Origin: Bdellovibrionota bacterium
Lineage (GTDB): Bacteria > Bdellovibrionota_C > UBA2361 > JBGSMV01
Direction of reading: 5' to 3'
DNA: 64,000 nucleotides
Assembly: GCA_041739995.1 (NCBI GenBank)
Contig: JBGSMV010000008.1
Span: 1 to 64,000, forward strand
A program made the translations under genes and the position numbers. Shown here piece after piece: positions 40,409-50,041 of the stretch; within the stretch, counting starts at the first letter, position 1, and every line of letters begins with the position of its first letter. The notes beneath the pieces are model-generated. The model searched no databases. It was not told the DNA's origin and saw only the letters and a program-made list of their open reading frames with translations.

Positions 40409-40515
40409 GGCAAAGGGGTACTCCTCATCTTGAAGTAACGGCACGCGAAGGAGCCCGGATTATAGTACTGGCCTCTAAAATTCCCGAATTTATTGGATCT
40501 AGCGAAATTTCCTAG

Positions 40516-40663
40516 GAATCCGTGACATAGACACAGACAACGACGTCCCGCCGACTTGTCCTCGGTAGCCTTGACGGAAGAGGAAGCCTAATCAAATTAA
40601 ATGGCAGCACAGGCACATGCGAGCGAGGGCGGGCCCTAACAAACAGGGCTGTATCACAAACTC
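40516..40663 (+). mobile_element. MITE-like repeat element, copy 3
   Basis: Ends GAATCCGTGACATAG...CTGTATCACAAACTC, flanked by CTAG and CTAA. Confidence 0.78.
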
Positions 40664-40828
40664 CTAAAAGGGGCTGCCGTTTGAGGCTGCAGCGGTGTTT
40701 GTAAGATGGCCAGCAAGGAGCGTCGGGATCGTGCAGTTGCGTCTTTCCCGCCTAGCCGTGTATCTTCTGGGCGCTTGGAGCCTTTCGCCAGGCCTCGTAA
40801 CCGTCTGATTAGTCAATAGGGATTTGAT

Positions 40829-41185
40829 ATGAAAAGCATCGCCATGGGATTTCTAATCTCAACCGTTTCAATCGTAGTTTTGGCTGGCTGTTCGGGCCGC
40901 ACAAATCATTCTCCAATTCCAACCATATCGGATAAGACCAGAGCTGACCTTAGCGCCCCAGTGAATTGTTCCACTGCTCAGCAGGACATAGCAGTCCTCG
41001 AAGAAGAAAGGGCTTCGGTCGGAAAGCAAATACTCTCTGGTGTACGCAGCATATTACCGATTTCAGCAGTTGCTGGACTCTTAATGGGCGACTACAGCGA
41101 TCGCATAGAAGTAATGAGCGGTCAGTATAATGATGACATAGCAGCCAAGGTCGCTGACATTAAGATGACCTGCGGAATTGCATAA
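40829..41185 (+). CDS. Small lipoprotein
   Basis: Lipobox LAGC; PVNC.TA..DI..LEEE.AS; terminal TCG. Confidence 0.75.
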   Translation: MKSIAMGFLISTVSIVVLAGCSGRTNHSPIPTISDKTRADLSAPVNCSTAQQDIAVLEEERASVGKQILSGVRSILPISAVAGLLMGDYSDRIEVMSGQYNDDIAAKVADIKMTCGIA

Positions 41186-41348
41186 GCAACCCGGACTATG
41201 TCAGCGCGAGTGCCCAGGGGCCTAATTTGACCTCTGGGTACTCTCGTTCTTTCGTTGACTCCGCTCGCCACCTTCGCCGTCCGTAGAAATTTACTTCAGG
41301 CTATAGGCCTGCGATCGCGTCGCGCAGCGTCTACAAGACGAAACTCCA

Positions 41349-42125
41349 ATGCCACACCCGAACAGGTTCAAAGTCGCGAGCGCTCCTGCTGCCAAGTTAG
41401 TACGCGTGGCGCTATTCGTTTGTTTCACGTGCCTGCTGATTGGTTGCGGAGCCCAAAGCCGCATGGCACCACTCTCACCGACTTTCCTAAATGGTGTAGA
41501 TGTTACACAGAAGATCGACAATCTTCCTTTCGCGCATGCCTGGGTGAAGCCGCACTTTGATGGGCAAAAATTTAACAAGATCTTCATTAAAGATGTGCGA
41601 ATCGATCAATTGCCTGAAGACTCCTGGAAAGCGAGCTCTGGTCTATATATTAGTTCCAAGGACGCCTTCCTTGAGGAAGCCCAAGGCTTAGCGGAGTACT
41701 TTAAAGATAAGTTAATAGCAGCATTCGTCCGCTACCCCGACCGCAGACTCGAGCTCGCATATGCCCCTGGCATTGACACTATTTCCCTGGAGATTGCATT
41801 TACTGAACTCTTGTTTTCCCATCCGGCGGCACGCGCAGGGTCACTGGCGGTCCCGGTGCCTGGCACCGGAGCTGTCCTTTCCGCTATATCAGATCCTCAC
41901 GTCGCATTTGCCGCTCAATTGCGTGACTCGTCTGGCACTCTTGTAGCCACGGCAGCCGATCGAAAATTTAGCCCCATACGACTACTCGATCTCAATAAAC
42001 TCACGGTTACAAGCTCGGCTCGTGAAGTTTGCTCGATCTGGGCTACGCTGATCGCCGAAGCCACTAATAGAGGCCGGTCTGAGCGTACGGAAAATCGAGG
42101 ATCCTTTTCGTTGCTGCCTTGGTAA
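41349..42125 (+). CDS. DUF3313-like lipoprotein
   Basis: Lipobox LIGC; LPFAHAW, LEIAFTEL, LRDSSGTLVATAADRK. Confidence 0.7.
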   Translation: MPHPNRFKVASAPAAKLVRVALFVCFTCLLIGCGAQSRMAPLSPTFLNGVDVTQKIDNLPFAHAWVKPHFDGQKFNKIFIKDVRIDQLPEDSWKASSGLYISSKDAFLEEAQGLAEYFKDKLIAAFVRYPDRRLELAYAPGIDTISLEIAFTELLFSHPAARAGSLAVPVPGTGAVLSAISDPHVAFAAQLRDSSGTLVATAADRKFSPIRLLDLNKLTVTSSAREVCSIWATLIAEATNRGRSERTENRGSFSLLPW

Positions 42126-42155
42126 CCCGATTGCAAATTTACTTGTGAGAAAACT

Positions 42156-42950
42156 ATGACTTTAAAGAAACTATCATTACGAAACCTTGTGCTTGGGTAC
42201 TTGGTTGCCAGTGCGATTATTGGAATACCTACGAGGCTACTTGCCGACAGCTCCACGTCTGTTTCGTCAGACGATTCGGGCTGGAGTTTCAGTATGGCTC
42301 CCTATGCTTGGGTTACTGCGATCTCCGGAGAAACTGGCGTAAAGGGAGTTTCTGCGGATATCGACCTTTCTATGGGAGACGTTCTTGAAGATCTCAACGG
42401 AGCGCTTATGTTCAGCCTTAACGCTCGCCATGGCCGATGGACCATCATAACCGATTTTTTATGGGCTCAACTTGAGGACTCTACCCCGACTCCCAAGGGA
42501 GAATTGTTTACTCGAGCTAAGTTAACTCTCAATGAGATTATCTGGACTCAAGCACTAGGGTATTCGGTGGTTCAATGCGAAGACGCCTCTCTCGATTTAC
42601 TTGGAGGCTTTCGCTTGATGTCACTCAATACTGAACTGGAATTGGATGGCGGACTACTAGCTTCCCGCGACTTTTCCGATACCGAGACCTGGATCGATCC
42701 GATCATCGGAGTTCGTGGACAGATAGCGCTCAACGACGATTTCTTCTTTCGCATGATGGGTGACATCGGGGGCTTCAACGCAGCGTCCTCACTTACATGG
42801 CAAGCTCTTGCCGCCTTTGGCTATCACGTAGGCGAGCAGACCTCACTCGGTGCGGGCTACCGAGCACTGAGTTATGATTATGACCGCGACTCCTTCAAAT
42901 ACGATGCAACAATGTACGGGCCATTTTTAGGAGCAGAGTTTAGGTTCTAG
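42156..42950 (+). CDS. Outer-membrane beta-barrel protein
   Basis: Signal peptide; WSFSMAPYAW, WIDPIIGVR, GDIGGF, C-terminal GPFLGAEFRF beta-signal. Confidence 0.82.
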   Translation: MTLKKLSLRNLVLGYLVASAIIGIPTRLLADSSTSVSSDDSGWSFSMAPYAWVTAISGETGVKGVSADIDLSMGDVLEDLNGALMFSLNARHGRWTIITDFLWAQLEDSTPTPKGELFTRAKLTLNEIIWTQALGYSVVQCEDASLDLLGGFRLMSLNTELELDGGLLASRDFSDTETWIDPIIGVRGQIALNDDFFFRMMGDIGGFNAASSLTWQALAAFGYHVGEQTSLGAGYRALSYDYDRDSFKYDATMYGPFLGAEFRF

Positions 42951-43059
42951 TTTGTGTTTAAGGAGCCTTGCCACTCAAGGACTAGGATCTAAGTTTTTAA
43001 CAGAGTCCCGCTAAGATATTTTTATCGAATGCTTACTCACTAACCAACAGGGGACCTCT

Positions 43060-43524
43060 ATGTCTCGAAGTTACCTAGCTCTTGCCTCCTGCGCCCTGTT
43101 CGCATTCTTTTCCCTGCTTGGATGCTCCGATCCAAATAGCTCGCAGTTGGACACCACAAAATTAGCTTTGCCTATGGAAGATTCTCCCGAAGCACGCCAC
43201 GCACAGGCACTTAGGGTTATCGCCGCCTATCCGATGGAGGAGTGGGAACGCGACATCCTTCGTCGAATTCGCTCAATCACTGGCAGTGAGGCTTCTGAGG
43301 AAGTAGAAGCGCTCGTTCAAAGGCGGCTAAATGCCAAAGATCTTCTCGAGAAACGCCTTTCGCTCATGACCGCATCTTATACCGCTTCGGATCTTGCTCA
43401 GCTGGCAGAGCTCTATGCGACCCCTCAGGGGAAACGACTTCTTGGTGCCTTCATAGGCCACGACGAACGCTTGCGGGAACAACTCGCCCCATTGATAGCG
43501 GAAGCATTAAGTGGTGATCGTTAG
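43060..43524 (+). CDS. Helical lipoprotein (DUF2059-like C-terminus)
   Basis: Lipobox LLGC; YTASDLAQLAELYATPQGKRL. Confidence 0.65.
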   Translation: MSRSYLALASCALFAFFSLLGCSDPNSSQLDTTKLALPMEDSPEARHAQALRVIAAYPMEEWERDILRRIRSITGSEASEEVEALVQRRLNAKDLLEKRLSLMTASYTASDLAQLAELYATPQGKRLLGAFIGHDERLREQLAPLIAEALSGDR

Positions 43525-43573
43525 CTGACACAAAGTACATAGTGTGCTGAGGCTGAAGTTCATTTATGTATTT

Positions 43574-43640
43574 TTCTCGCTGAACTCGTTGTGTAATTCA
43601 TCAGAGATATTGGCAAAGAGAGCAGCGAGCTCAGCGAGAA
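43574..43640. repeat. 18-bp imperfect inverted repeat between convergent genes
   Basis: TTCTCGCTGAACTCGTTG ... CAGCGAGCTCAGCGAGAA. Confidence 0.55.
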
Positions 43641-43728
43641 CTATTCATCGAACTCTTAACTCAGGATAATAGTTTGCAAGTGAATTAGGCGGCCGGCCGG
43701 CTCGCCACTTTATTAGGCTTTCTCCGCA

Positions 43729-44592
43729 CTAATTCAAGCCGTTCGAACCCGCTGGCGATCTTGGCCCTTCACAAATTCTTAAGAACCACGCTACTCGATC
43801 GAACAAGTGTCTTTGATCGGGATGAAGAAGGTTCAATTCTGGTCGCACCAGCTCTCCAAGGCTCTGAACGTCGACTTGGCATATCTCCGGGTGCCCACTC
43901 TCTTGGTTGATAGTTCTCTCTCGACAAAGCGCGCGGTAGTGCGCATCGGCTTGCGTTCTTGATACATGCGACAAAATCCGACTTGTTTCCTCAACGTTCA
44001 ACTCAAGCAAGAAACCAATCACCACTCGCTTCTCGCCACCACGCAGCGACAGGGTCATAGTATCGACAGGAACAAGGCGATCGGGAGATGGTTGCAGTAT
44101 CGGCGTCCCACTGGGGTCGACAATCTCTTCCATTAACTCACGAAGAGCTCCTTCTGCAGGATGCTCGGCACGCTTGGTCACCCCATCGTGGCTAGACACC
44201 GAGTCTGACAGATTAATGAAACCGCCGGCAATCATAAAATATGGACAACGCGGATCCGCCGCATAGCGCGGCCCTTGGTAATGAGTCCCTGGTCTCACAA
44301 CCACAGCGCACCACTGTCCACTTTCAGGGTGTCTAAAAACTGGGACTACTCCGGTCCCCACAGTAGCGCGCGCAACCTCAGAGACCTCAGGCGCAGCCAA
44401 TGTCGAGTAGGGCGGCAGTGCGCCCCAGCACCCAGCAACGAGCGCGCGAAGCACTTCGCGCCGGAATCCAGTTGGCAAACTTCCCACCCTAAATTGTTGC
44501 TCAATCTCAGCAGCAAAAGTCGCGGGGTCTCGGGGTGCAGGCGACGGCATCGCAGGTCGGGGCTCGCTCTCTGCACCATTTAGCTCAGGCAT
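43729..44592 (-). CDS. NUDIX-like hydrolase with Pro-rich N-terminus
   Basis: IAGGFIN...AEHPAEGALRELMEEI (Nudix box with insertion). Confidence 0.65.
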   Translation of the reverse strand: MPELNGAESEPRPAMPSPAPRDPATFAAEIEQQFRVGSLPTGFRREVLRALVAGCWGALPPYSTLAAPEVSEVARATVGTGVVPVFRHPESGQWCAVVVRPGTHYQGPRYAADPRCPYFMIAGGFINLSDSVSSHDGVTKRAEHPAEGALRELMEEIVDPSGTPILQPSPDRLVPVDTMTLSLRGGEKRVVIGFLLELNVEETSRILSHVSRTQADAHYRALCRERTINQESGHPEICQVDVQSLGELVRPELNLLHPDQRHLFDRVAWFLRICEGPRSPAGSNGLN

Positions 44593-44862
44593 ATTTACGT
44601 CTAGTAGAAATAAAAAAATCAGCGCGCGCTTAGGTAATCAGACTATTCCCACCGAAGGGCCACGGCGAGCGGATGTTTCTATCTCCAATAAAGACGCGAG
44701 TCGATGGTTACAGCGATACTTTAAGGGCCTTTCAGCTCGTCCCGGAGCAAGTTCCTACTTGGGAACCGTTCAAAAAGGTGCCACAGTTAGCCCGGCACTG
44801 CGGCCCAACCCAGAGAAGCATGGCGAGCGGCTTCTTCACTATTTTGAGTTTTGGGGGTCTTT

Positions 44863-45291
44863 ATGTCGACGACCAAATGTAACCCTTGCAACCTTTCTCC
44901 TCGCGAGTTCTTTCTCCTCGGCGCACGCTACGGCTTTGGTGCATGGTTGCTCTACGCGGGACTTTCCAAATGGGTTGGGGGTCCGAGCAATTTCATCGGA
45001 TATATTACAACCCAGTTCGATCAGACCTGGTCACCCCATATTTTGAACTACACTCTTGGTTGGCTAATCATCATCGCTGAGCCAGTAGTTGCGCTGTGGC
45101 TGTTGGTGGGAAAGCACCAACGCTGCGCATGGACCTCGGCGTCGCTGCTCATGTTCTTGTTGCTTATAGGCGTGACGATGCTACAAAAGCCGGAAGTGAT
45201 TGCGAATTTTCAGTATTTCGTGTTCTGCCTGGGCTGTGCCGCATGGTCTTCGAATACTCCCTGCCAGAAGAGCGCCAGCGTCACCCCGTAA
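44863..45291 (+). CDS. DoxX family membrane protein
   Basis: ARYGFGAWLLYAGLSK, AEPVVALWLLVG; four TMs. Confidence 0.78.
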   Translation: MSTTKCNPCNLSPREFFLLGARYGFGAWLLYAGLSKWVGGPSNFIGYITTQFDQTWSPHILNYTLGWLIIIAEPVVALWLLVGKHQRCAWTSASLLMFLLLIGVTMLQKPEVIANFQYFVFCLGCAAWSSNTPCQKSASVTP

Positions 45292-45405
45292 GGCAGCCCA
45301 GTCTTAAACGCAGCTTTGTCGACAGCGCGAGAGTCTCTTGCTACGTTTTGCTGTCCACCTTCCGATCAGAACCGTCGAGGAGGGTTTTCAAAAGCGTAGC
45401 GGCTC

Positions 45406-45993
45406 ATGAACGATCAAGGGTTTCGAAACCGACTTGCGGCGAGCGCACGGGACTTCATTCGGGGCGTACAGCCATCTCTTGAGAAGCGTTTGCGCGTCAC
45501 CATTCATCCGATCGAACAATTTCAGAACAATGAGCTCGTCCAAAAGCTGGACCATGCCGGTATTGATGGATTCTATTTTGATAGAGAAAATACGCCGCAC
45601 TGTCTGGCGAGCCGCATGAACTACGCTCGCGCTGCGGCACGCGAGCCTTGGTTTAGTTTTCGCTACAGCCTCTTTGACGACGCCAGTGGGAACTGGGACG
45701 ATCGCCGTGAGTTTGCTAAAAAATGCAGTCTGGCCAACGCTCCGCAGAATTTTGCGTTGTTTCCAAAGTTGCACGTTGAATCATTCAGTCAGCAACGGGG
45801 CTCCGGGCGCATTACCTGGTCCTTCGCTGCCGAAACGGCGCAAGTAATTCGCTTCATTCACATGCATTTTGAGAATGAGGATATGATTCGATTTTTTGAA
45901 CCAAGACAAGGCGAGCGCAGGCGCGTGGTTGCGGTTCCCATCAGGGTCTTCGCTAAGCACCACGAGGTAATAGAGATAGGAACTCGGGCTTAA
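45406..45993 (+). CDS. Hypothetical protein, possible PD-(D/E)XK nuclease-like fold
   Basis: LDHAGIDGFYF...LASRMNY..FSFRY pattern. Confidence 0.55.
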   Translation: MNDQGFRNRLAASARDFIRGVQPSLEKRLRVTIHPIEQFQNNELVQKLDHAGIDGFYFDRENTPHCLASRMNYARAAAREPWFSFRYSLFDDASGNWDDRREFAKKCSLANAPQNFALFPKLHVESFSQQRGSGRITWSFAAETAQVIRFIHMHFENEDMIRFFEPRQGERRRVVAVPIRVFAKHHEVIEIGTRA

Positions 45994-46027
45994 AGCCCAA
46001 GCTCCATATCTCTATCAACTTTAGAAG

Positions 46028-46059
46028 CGAACAATCTCTCTGCCGAACAATCTCTCTGC
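46028..46059. repeat. 16-bp perfect tandem duplication
   Basis: (CGAACAATCTCTCTGC)x2. Confidence 0.8.
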
Positions 46060-46080
46060 GAGACTGAATTTTATGTAGAA

Positions 46081-47592
46081 CTAAGGCGCAACAGAACTCT
46101 GCGAGCGTCCACCTTGTCGACGTGGGCCGCGATAGCCTCCGCCGCCACCACCACGCTGAGAGCCGAAGCCTCCGCGCGATCCACCGCCAGAGCGCGCTGA
46201 TGAGCCAGCACCATCGCGTGATCCATATCCACCCCCAGGACCAGAGCTCCTCGAGCCACCAAAGCCGCCAGCCGAGTCAGATCGACCACCCTGGAAGCCG
46301 GAGCGCCCGGAGTCTGAGCGTGGCGAGCCAGAGCGCTGGGAGTCAGAGCGGAAATTATCGCTCCTTCCTCTCTGAGATCTTCCAAAAGAAGAACCTCCGT
46401 AAGAACGTGGCCCTCGCTGAGAACGCGAAGAGCCCGAACCTGAACTCTGACGCATTGCAGACTCAGGCAAGGAAATTCCTTCCACTTCTTTCGATGGAAT
46501 CTTTGAGCCAAGCGTACGCTCGATAGAACGTACCATGCCGCCATCTTGAGGAGTTACAAAGGTACTTGCATCTCCGGTGCGTTCTGCTCGGCCAGTACGA
46601 CCAATGCGATGCGTATAGGCTTCAACGGTATCAGGGATATCGTAGTTAATAACATGTGTTACTGAAGCGACATCGATTCCGCGTGCAGCAATATCAGTAG
46701 CCACCATCACTCGGAACTTCCCTGTGCGAAATCCACGAAGGGCAGCGTCTCTACGCTGTTGCGAGAGATTACCTTGCAACGAAGTTGCTGAGTGTCCTGC
46801 ATCTAGCAAAGACTCTCCAAGCTTCTTGGCGCGATGCTTGGTGCGAGTAAATACAAGCACCGACCCAGTTGAACTTTCAGAAACGATCTGAAGCAACAAG
46901 CGAGTCTTATTCGCCTGATCAACGCGGTACATGCAATGCTCTACCGTCGAGATAGGGGCGCTGGTACCAACTTTGATGGTCTCAGGATTACGCAACACTT
47001 CCATGGCCAAACCATGAACTTCATTCGGCATAGTCGCCGAAAAAAGTAGGGTCTGACGCTCAGTAGGTAACGCTTGAAGAATCCTGCGAAGGGTCGGGAG
47101 AAAGCCCATATCAAACATATGATCTGCTTCGTCCAGCACCAGAACCTCAACATGTCGAAGGTCAAGTGCTCTCTGGTTCAAGAGGTCAAGCAATCGGCCA
47201 GGGCAACCGACCACAATATCGACTCCACGACGCAGCTGCTGAATCTGGGCATTCATGGAAACACCGCCATAAATGGTGGTGAAACTCAGCCTGGACTTAG
47301 CTCCAAGCTCTCGAATTGCGGTACAGATCTGCTCAGCCAACTCGCGAGTTGGGGCAATGATGAGCGAACGTGGCTTTCCACGTGGCCCAGTTGCTGGATT
47401 CGTAACCAATCGATGAAGGATTGGAAGCACAAAGGCGGCCGTTTTACCGGTACCAGTCTGAGCAAGACCCAACACATCCTTTCCAGCGAGAACGCTTGGA
47501 ATGGCTTGCGCCTGAATCGGGGTAGGGTTTGTATAGTTTTTGGGGATAGCCGCAGATACACGGGCATCAAGTTCAAAGCTTGAAAAAGTCAC
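46081..47592 (-). CDS. rhlE: DEAD-box ATP-dependent RNA helicase, RhlE-like, with Gly/Arg/Ser-rich tail
   Basis: Q motif PTPIQ, AQTGTGKT, PTRELA, DEAD, SAT, ARGID, HRIGRTGRA; AGGAG RBS and GTG start. Confidence 0.93.
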   Translation of the reverse strand: MTFSSFELDARVSAAIPKNYTNPTPIQAQAIPSVLAGKDVLGLAQTGTGKTAAFVLPILHRLVTNPATGPRGKPRSLIIAPTRELAEQICTAIRELGAKSRLSFTTIYGGVSMNAQIQQLRRGVDIVVGCPGRLLDLLNQRALDLRHVEVLVLDEADHMFDMGFLPTLRRILQALPTERQTLLFSATMPNEVHGLAMEVLRNPETIKVGTSAPISTVEHCMYRVDQANKTRLLLQIVSESSTGSVLVFTRTKHRAKKLGESLLDAGHSATSLQGNLSQQRRDAALRGFRTGKFRVMVATDIAARGIDVASVTHVINYDIPDTVEAYTHRIGRTGRAERTGDASTFVTPQDGGMVRSIERTLGSKIPSKEVEGISLPESAMRQSSGSGSSRSQRGPRSYGGSSFGRSQRGRSDNFRSDSQRSGSPRSDSGRSGFQGGRSDSAGGFGGSRSSGPGGGYGSRDGAGSSARSGGGSRGGFGSQRGGGGGGYRGPRRQGGRSQSSVAP

Positions 47593-47815
47593 GGAACACT
47601 CCTAATTTTGGCCACAAAGCGAGCCAAGGGGTTCCCAGCTCTAAACACAATGATGACTGGCTGCGAGGCTAGCATATTCTTAGGAAGTTAGCGAATCGGG
47701 CATTTTGGCCGGCAAACTGCAACGAATCCAGGCACCTTGCTGCCCCGAAGCCGCAAGCTTGAAGCCCTCACAGCGCCGCTAGCTGAAGCCCAGCAAGTAG
47801 GGTAGGGAAGAGCAC

Positions 47816-48709
47816 ATGAAGGTTTTTCGCTACCCGGCAGACCGGGTTCCTACCGCCCTTATCGTGTCCCTTACCGTCTGTGACTTGCTAGTCTTCTGGC
47901 TCGTTCAGTCACCGTACTTGGTGGTGGCTTGGATGCTTTGCGTAGTGCCATTCAAGACCGGCTCTTGCGCCTTCAATCACCACCATCAACACGTCCAGAC
48001 CTTCTATAAGACCTGGCTAAATCGCCTTCTCGAAGTCGTATATGGACTACAGACTGGAATCTCCACCAATGCCTGGGTACTGCACCATAACTTGGGGCAT
48101 CACCTGAATTACCTCGACCAAACCAAAGATGAGTCAGCATGGAAGGATGAAAAGGGGAACACCATGGGGGTGTTTCGTTACACCATGACTATTGCGCTGA
48201 CTGGATATTGGCGCGCCTACCAAGTCGGCAAACGACACCCCCGACATCAGAAGGGATTCCTCGCGGCAGGTTCTCTGATTATGGTTCTGCTGTTGGCTCT
48301 TTTCTGGGTCAACTGGTTCAACGCTCTCGTACTATTTTTAATCCCAATGGCGTGGGGACTGGTTGAAACTTCCTGGCACACTTTCTACCACCATGCCGGA
48401 CTAGACTCGGACGATCACTTCCATGCATCTCACAATGTCATGCATCGCTGGTACAACGTGTTCACGGGAAACCTTGGGTACCACACCGCTCACCACGTAA
48501 AACCAGGGCTGCATTGGTCAAAGCTGCCTGAGTATCATGCGACAATCGCTGACCGCATTCCCCCTGAGTTATTTGTCGAGCCCTGCATTCCGTTTCGATG
48601 GTTCCCCGATCGTAGCCGCGTCACTCCCAAAACTGCTAAGTTACCCACAGAGCTAGCCGCAGGCGACACCGTAGTAGCCTCCGAGAACCAAGGCGCTCTC
48701 AGCTTTTAA
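47816..48709 (+). CDS. Membrane fatty acid desaturase
   Basis: His boxes HHHQH, HHNLGHH, HTFYHH, GYHTAHH. Confidence 0.88.
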   Translation: MKVFRYPADRVPTALIVSLTVCDLLVFWLVQSPYLVVAWMLCVVPFKTGSCAFNHHHQHVQTFYKTWLNRLLEVVYGLQTGISTNAWVLHHNLGHHLNYLDQTKDESAWKDEKGNTMGVFRYTMTIALTGYWRAYQVGKRHPRHQKGFLAAGSLIMVLLLALFWVNWFNALVLFLIPMAWGLVETSWHTFYHHAGLDSDDHFHASHNVMHRWYNVFTGNLGYHTAHHVKPGLHWSKLPEYHATIADRIPPELFVEPCIPFRWFPDRSRVTPKTAKLPTELAAGDTVVASENQGALSF

Positions 48710-48827
48710 ATCGGGATTTTCGTTATCAATCCGCCCAATGATAAGAAGAGCTGAGACCCCCTGATTAAGCTCGGGTTTCAGCCTTTGAAGAGCGCAGAAC
48801 GGCTCGCAAGCTTTCGAATTTTTCAAG

Positions 48828-49952
48828 CTATTCAGGTTCCTTTACACAATCACGAAATTCCTCGGTATCGATACCCACTAGCGCGGCCAAGCCAAGTGCT
48901 GCGGGATGGAGCAGGCATCGTTCAGATGCGGTCCGATTGGGCTTGTCTGATACGAGCCCGCGATAGTGCTCGCGAATGAAACTAAGAATTGGCTCTCTTT
49001 GAGCATCAACAAAAATCGGTCTGTGATGTTCACCTTGATCCACATGCGGATTGTCTTCCCAACGACGGGTCAATTCCTCCGCCGATAGGCCCATCTGCAC
49101 TTTGAAGAGGTAATATACCCCATTCTCAATGGCTGTATCATACAACCTCGCATGAAACGAAGCTCCAGCAATATCTGCCAGAGTCATACCCAACTCATTT
49201 TGGAATTCGGTGTTGCAAAAAGTATCGAAAATTGAGGCCCGACCTCCCATCAACTCTGGAAGACACTGCAACGCCCCCGCAAATAGATGATACGTTTGCG
49301 GGTAACTGAGTCCCGCTCTGATTCCGAGCATGACTTTGCCGTTTGGACTTTCGGCATTAGGTGCAGATAAAACCAGCCCTGCGACCGATACATTTTTTAT
49401 AGGAAGTGTCACGCCATGCCTCATAAGCTGGGTTTCGTAACTGTGGCGCGGGACAAGATCTGTTCTTAGCGCGCTTTCATCAAAGTTCCCTTCGGCGCAC
49501 CCCTTGACGGACCACCAGGGCAAAGGAATTTGCGCATACTGATCTGGTGAGATTTCCAAAACGTCACAGGCCTGCTGAAAACGCGGGTCCCTATAGAACC
49601 TATTTCTTACCTCAGCAGCCCGAGCGCCCAACGAAAGGAAATTGATAGGTTCCGAGTGCGCTTGCAAGTAGCGCTGGGAAACTTCCGCGCGCAGAGAGCC
49701 TATGAGCTGAGTTACCGCGTCAAACTGAATGGGGTGCCCCTTGGAATCAAAGCGTTCGGGCGAAACGGTATGGGTCAAATCATGTGCTGAGCAACCCTCG
49801 AACACTTTCACCGCTTCATCCGGAAAGAGTCGAGCGCAGAGCTCTTCTCGCCGTTCTCCTGATGGCGGAATGGGATATTCGTCCCTCGATTTCTTTGTTG
49901 GTTGCGGATCCAAGCCGTACTCCCGTCCACGGTTCCTGCGGCATTCTAGCAT
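48828..49952 (-). CDS. Hypothetical protein with degenerate NUDIX-like domain
   Basis: SVAGLVLSA..KVMLGIRAG..YHLFAGAL..EFQNELG. Confidence 0.6.
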   Translation of the reverse strand: MLECRRNRGREYGLDPQPTKKSRDEYPIPPSGERREELCARLFPDEAVKVFEGCSAHDLTHTVSPERFDSKGHPIQFDAVTQLIGSLRAEVSQRYLQAHSEPINFLSLGARAAEVRNRFYRDPRFQQACDVLEISPDQYAQIPLPWWSVKGCAEGNFDESALRTDLVPRHSYETQLMRHGVTLPIKNVSVAGLVLSAPNAESPNGKVMLGIRAGLSYPQTYHLFAGALQCLPELMGGRASIFDTFCNTEFQNELGMTLADIAGASFHARLYDTAIENGVYYLFKVQMGLSAEELTRRWEDNPHVDQGEHHRPIFVDAQREPILSFIREHYRGLVSDKPNRTASERCLLHPAALGLAALVGIDTEEFRDCVKEPE

Positions 49953-50041
49953 GCGCCGACAAAGCTAAGATAATTCGCTTAATCGCGGTCGGAAGAGACG
50001 TTTACTCGGCAATCGAAAAAAGGGAGATTCCTTCAATAGGT

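Noticed and set aside
46071..46544. 157-aa and 134-aa alternative-frame ORFs over the rhlE tail
   Set aside because: By-products of the low-complexity Gly/Ser/Arg coding sequence.
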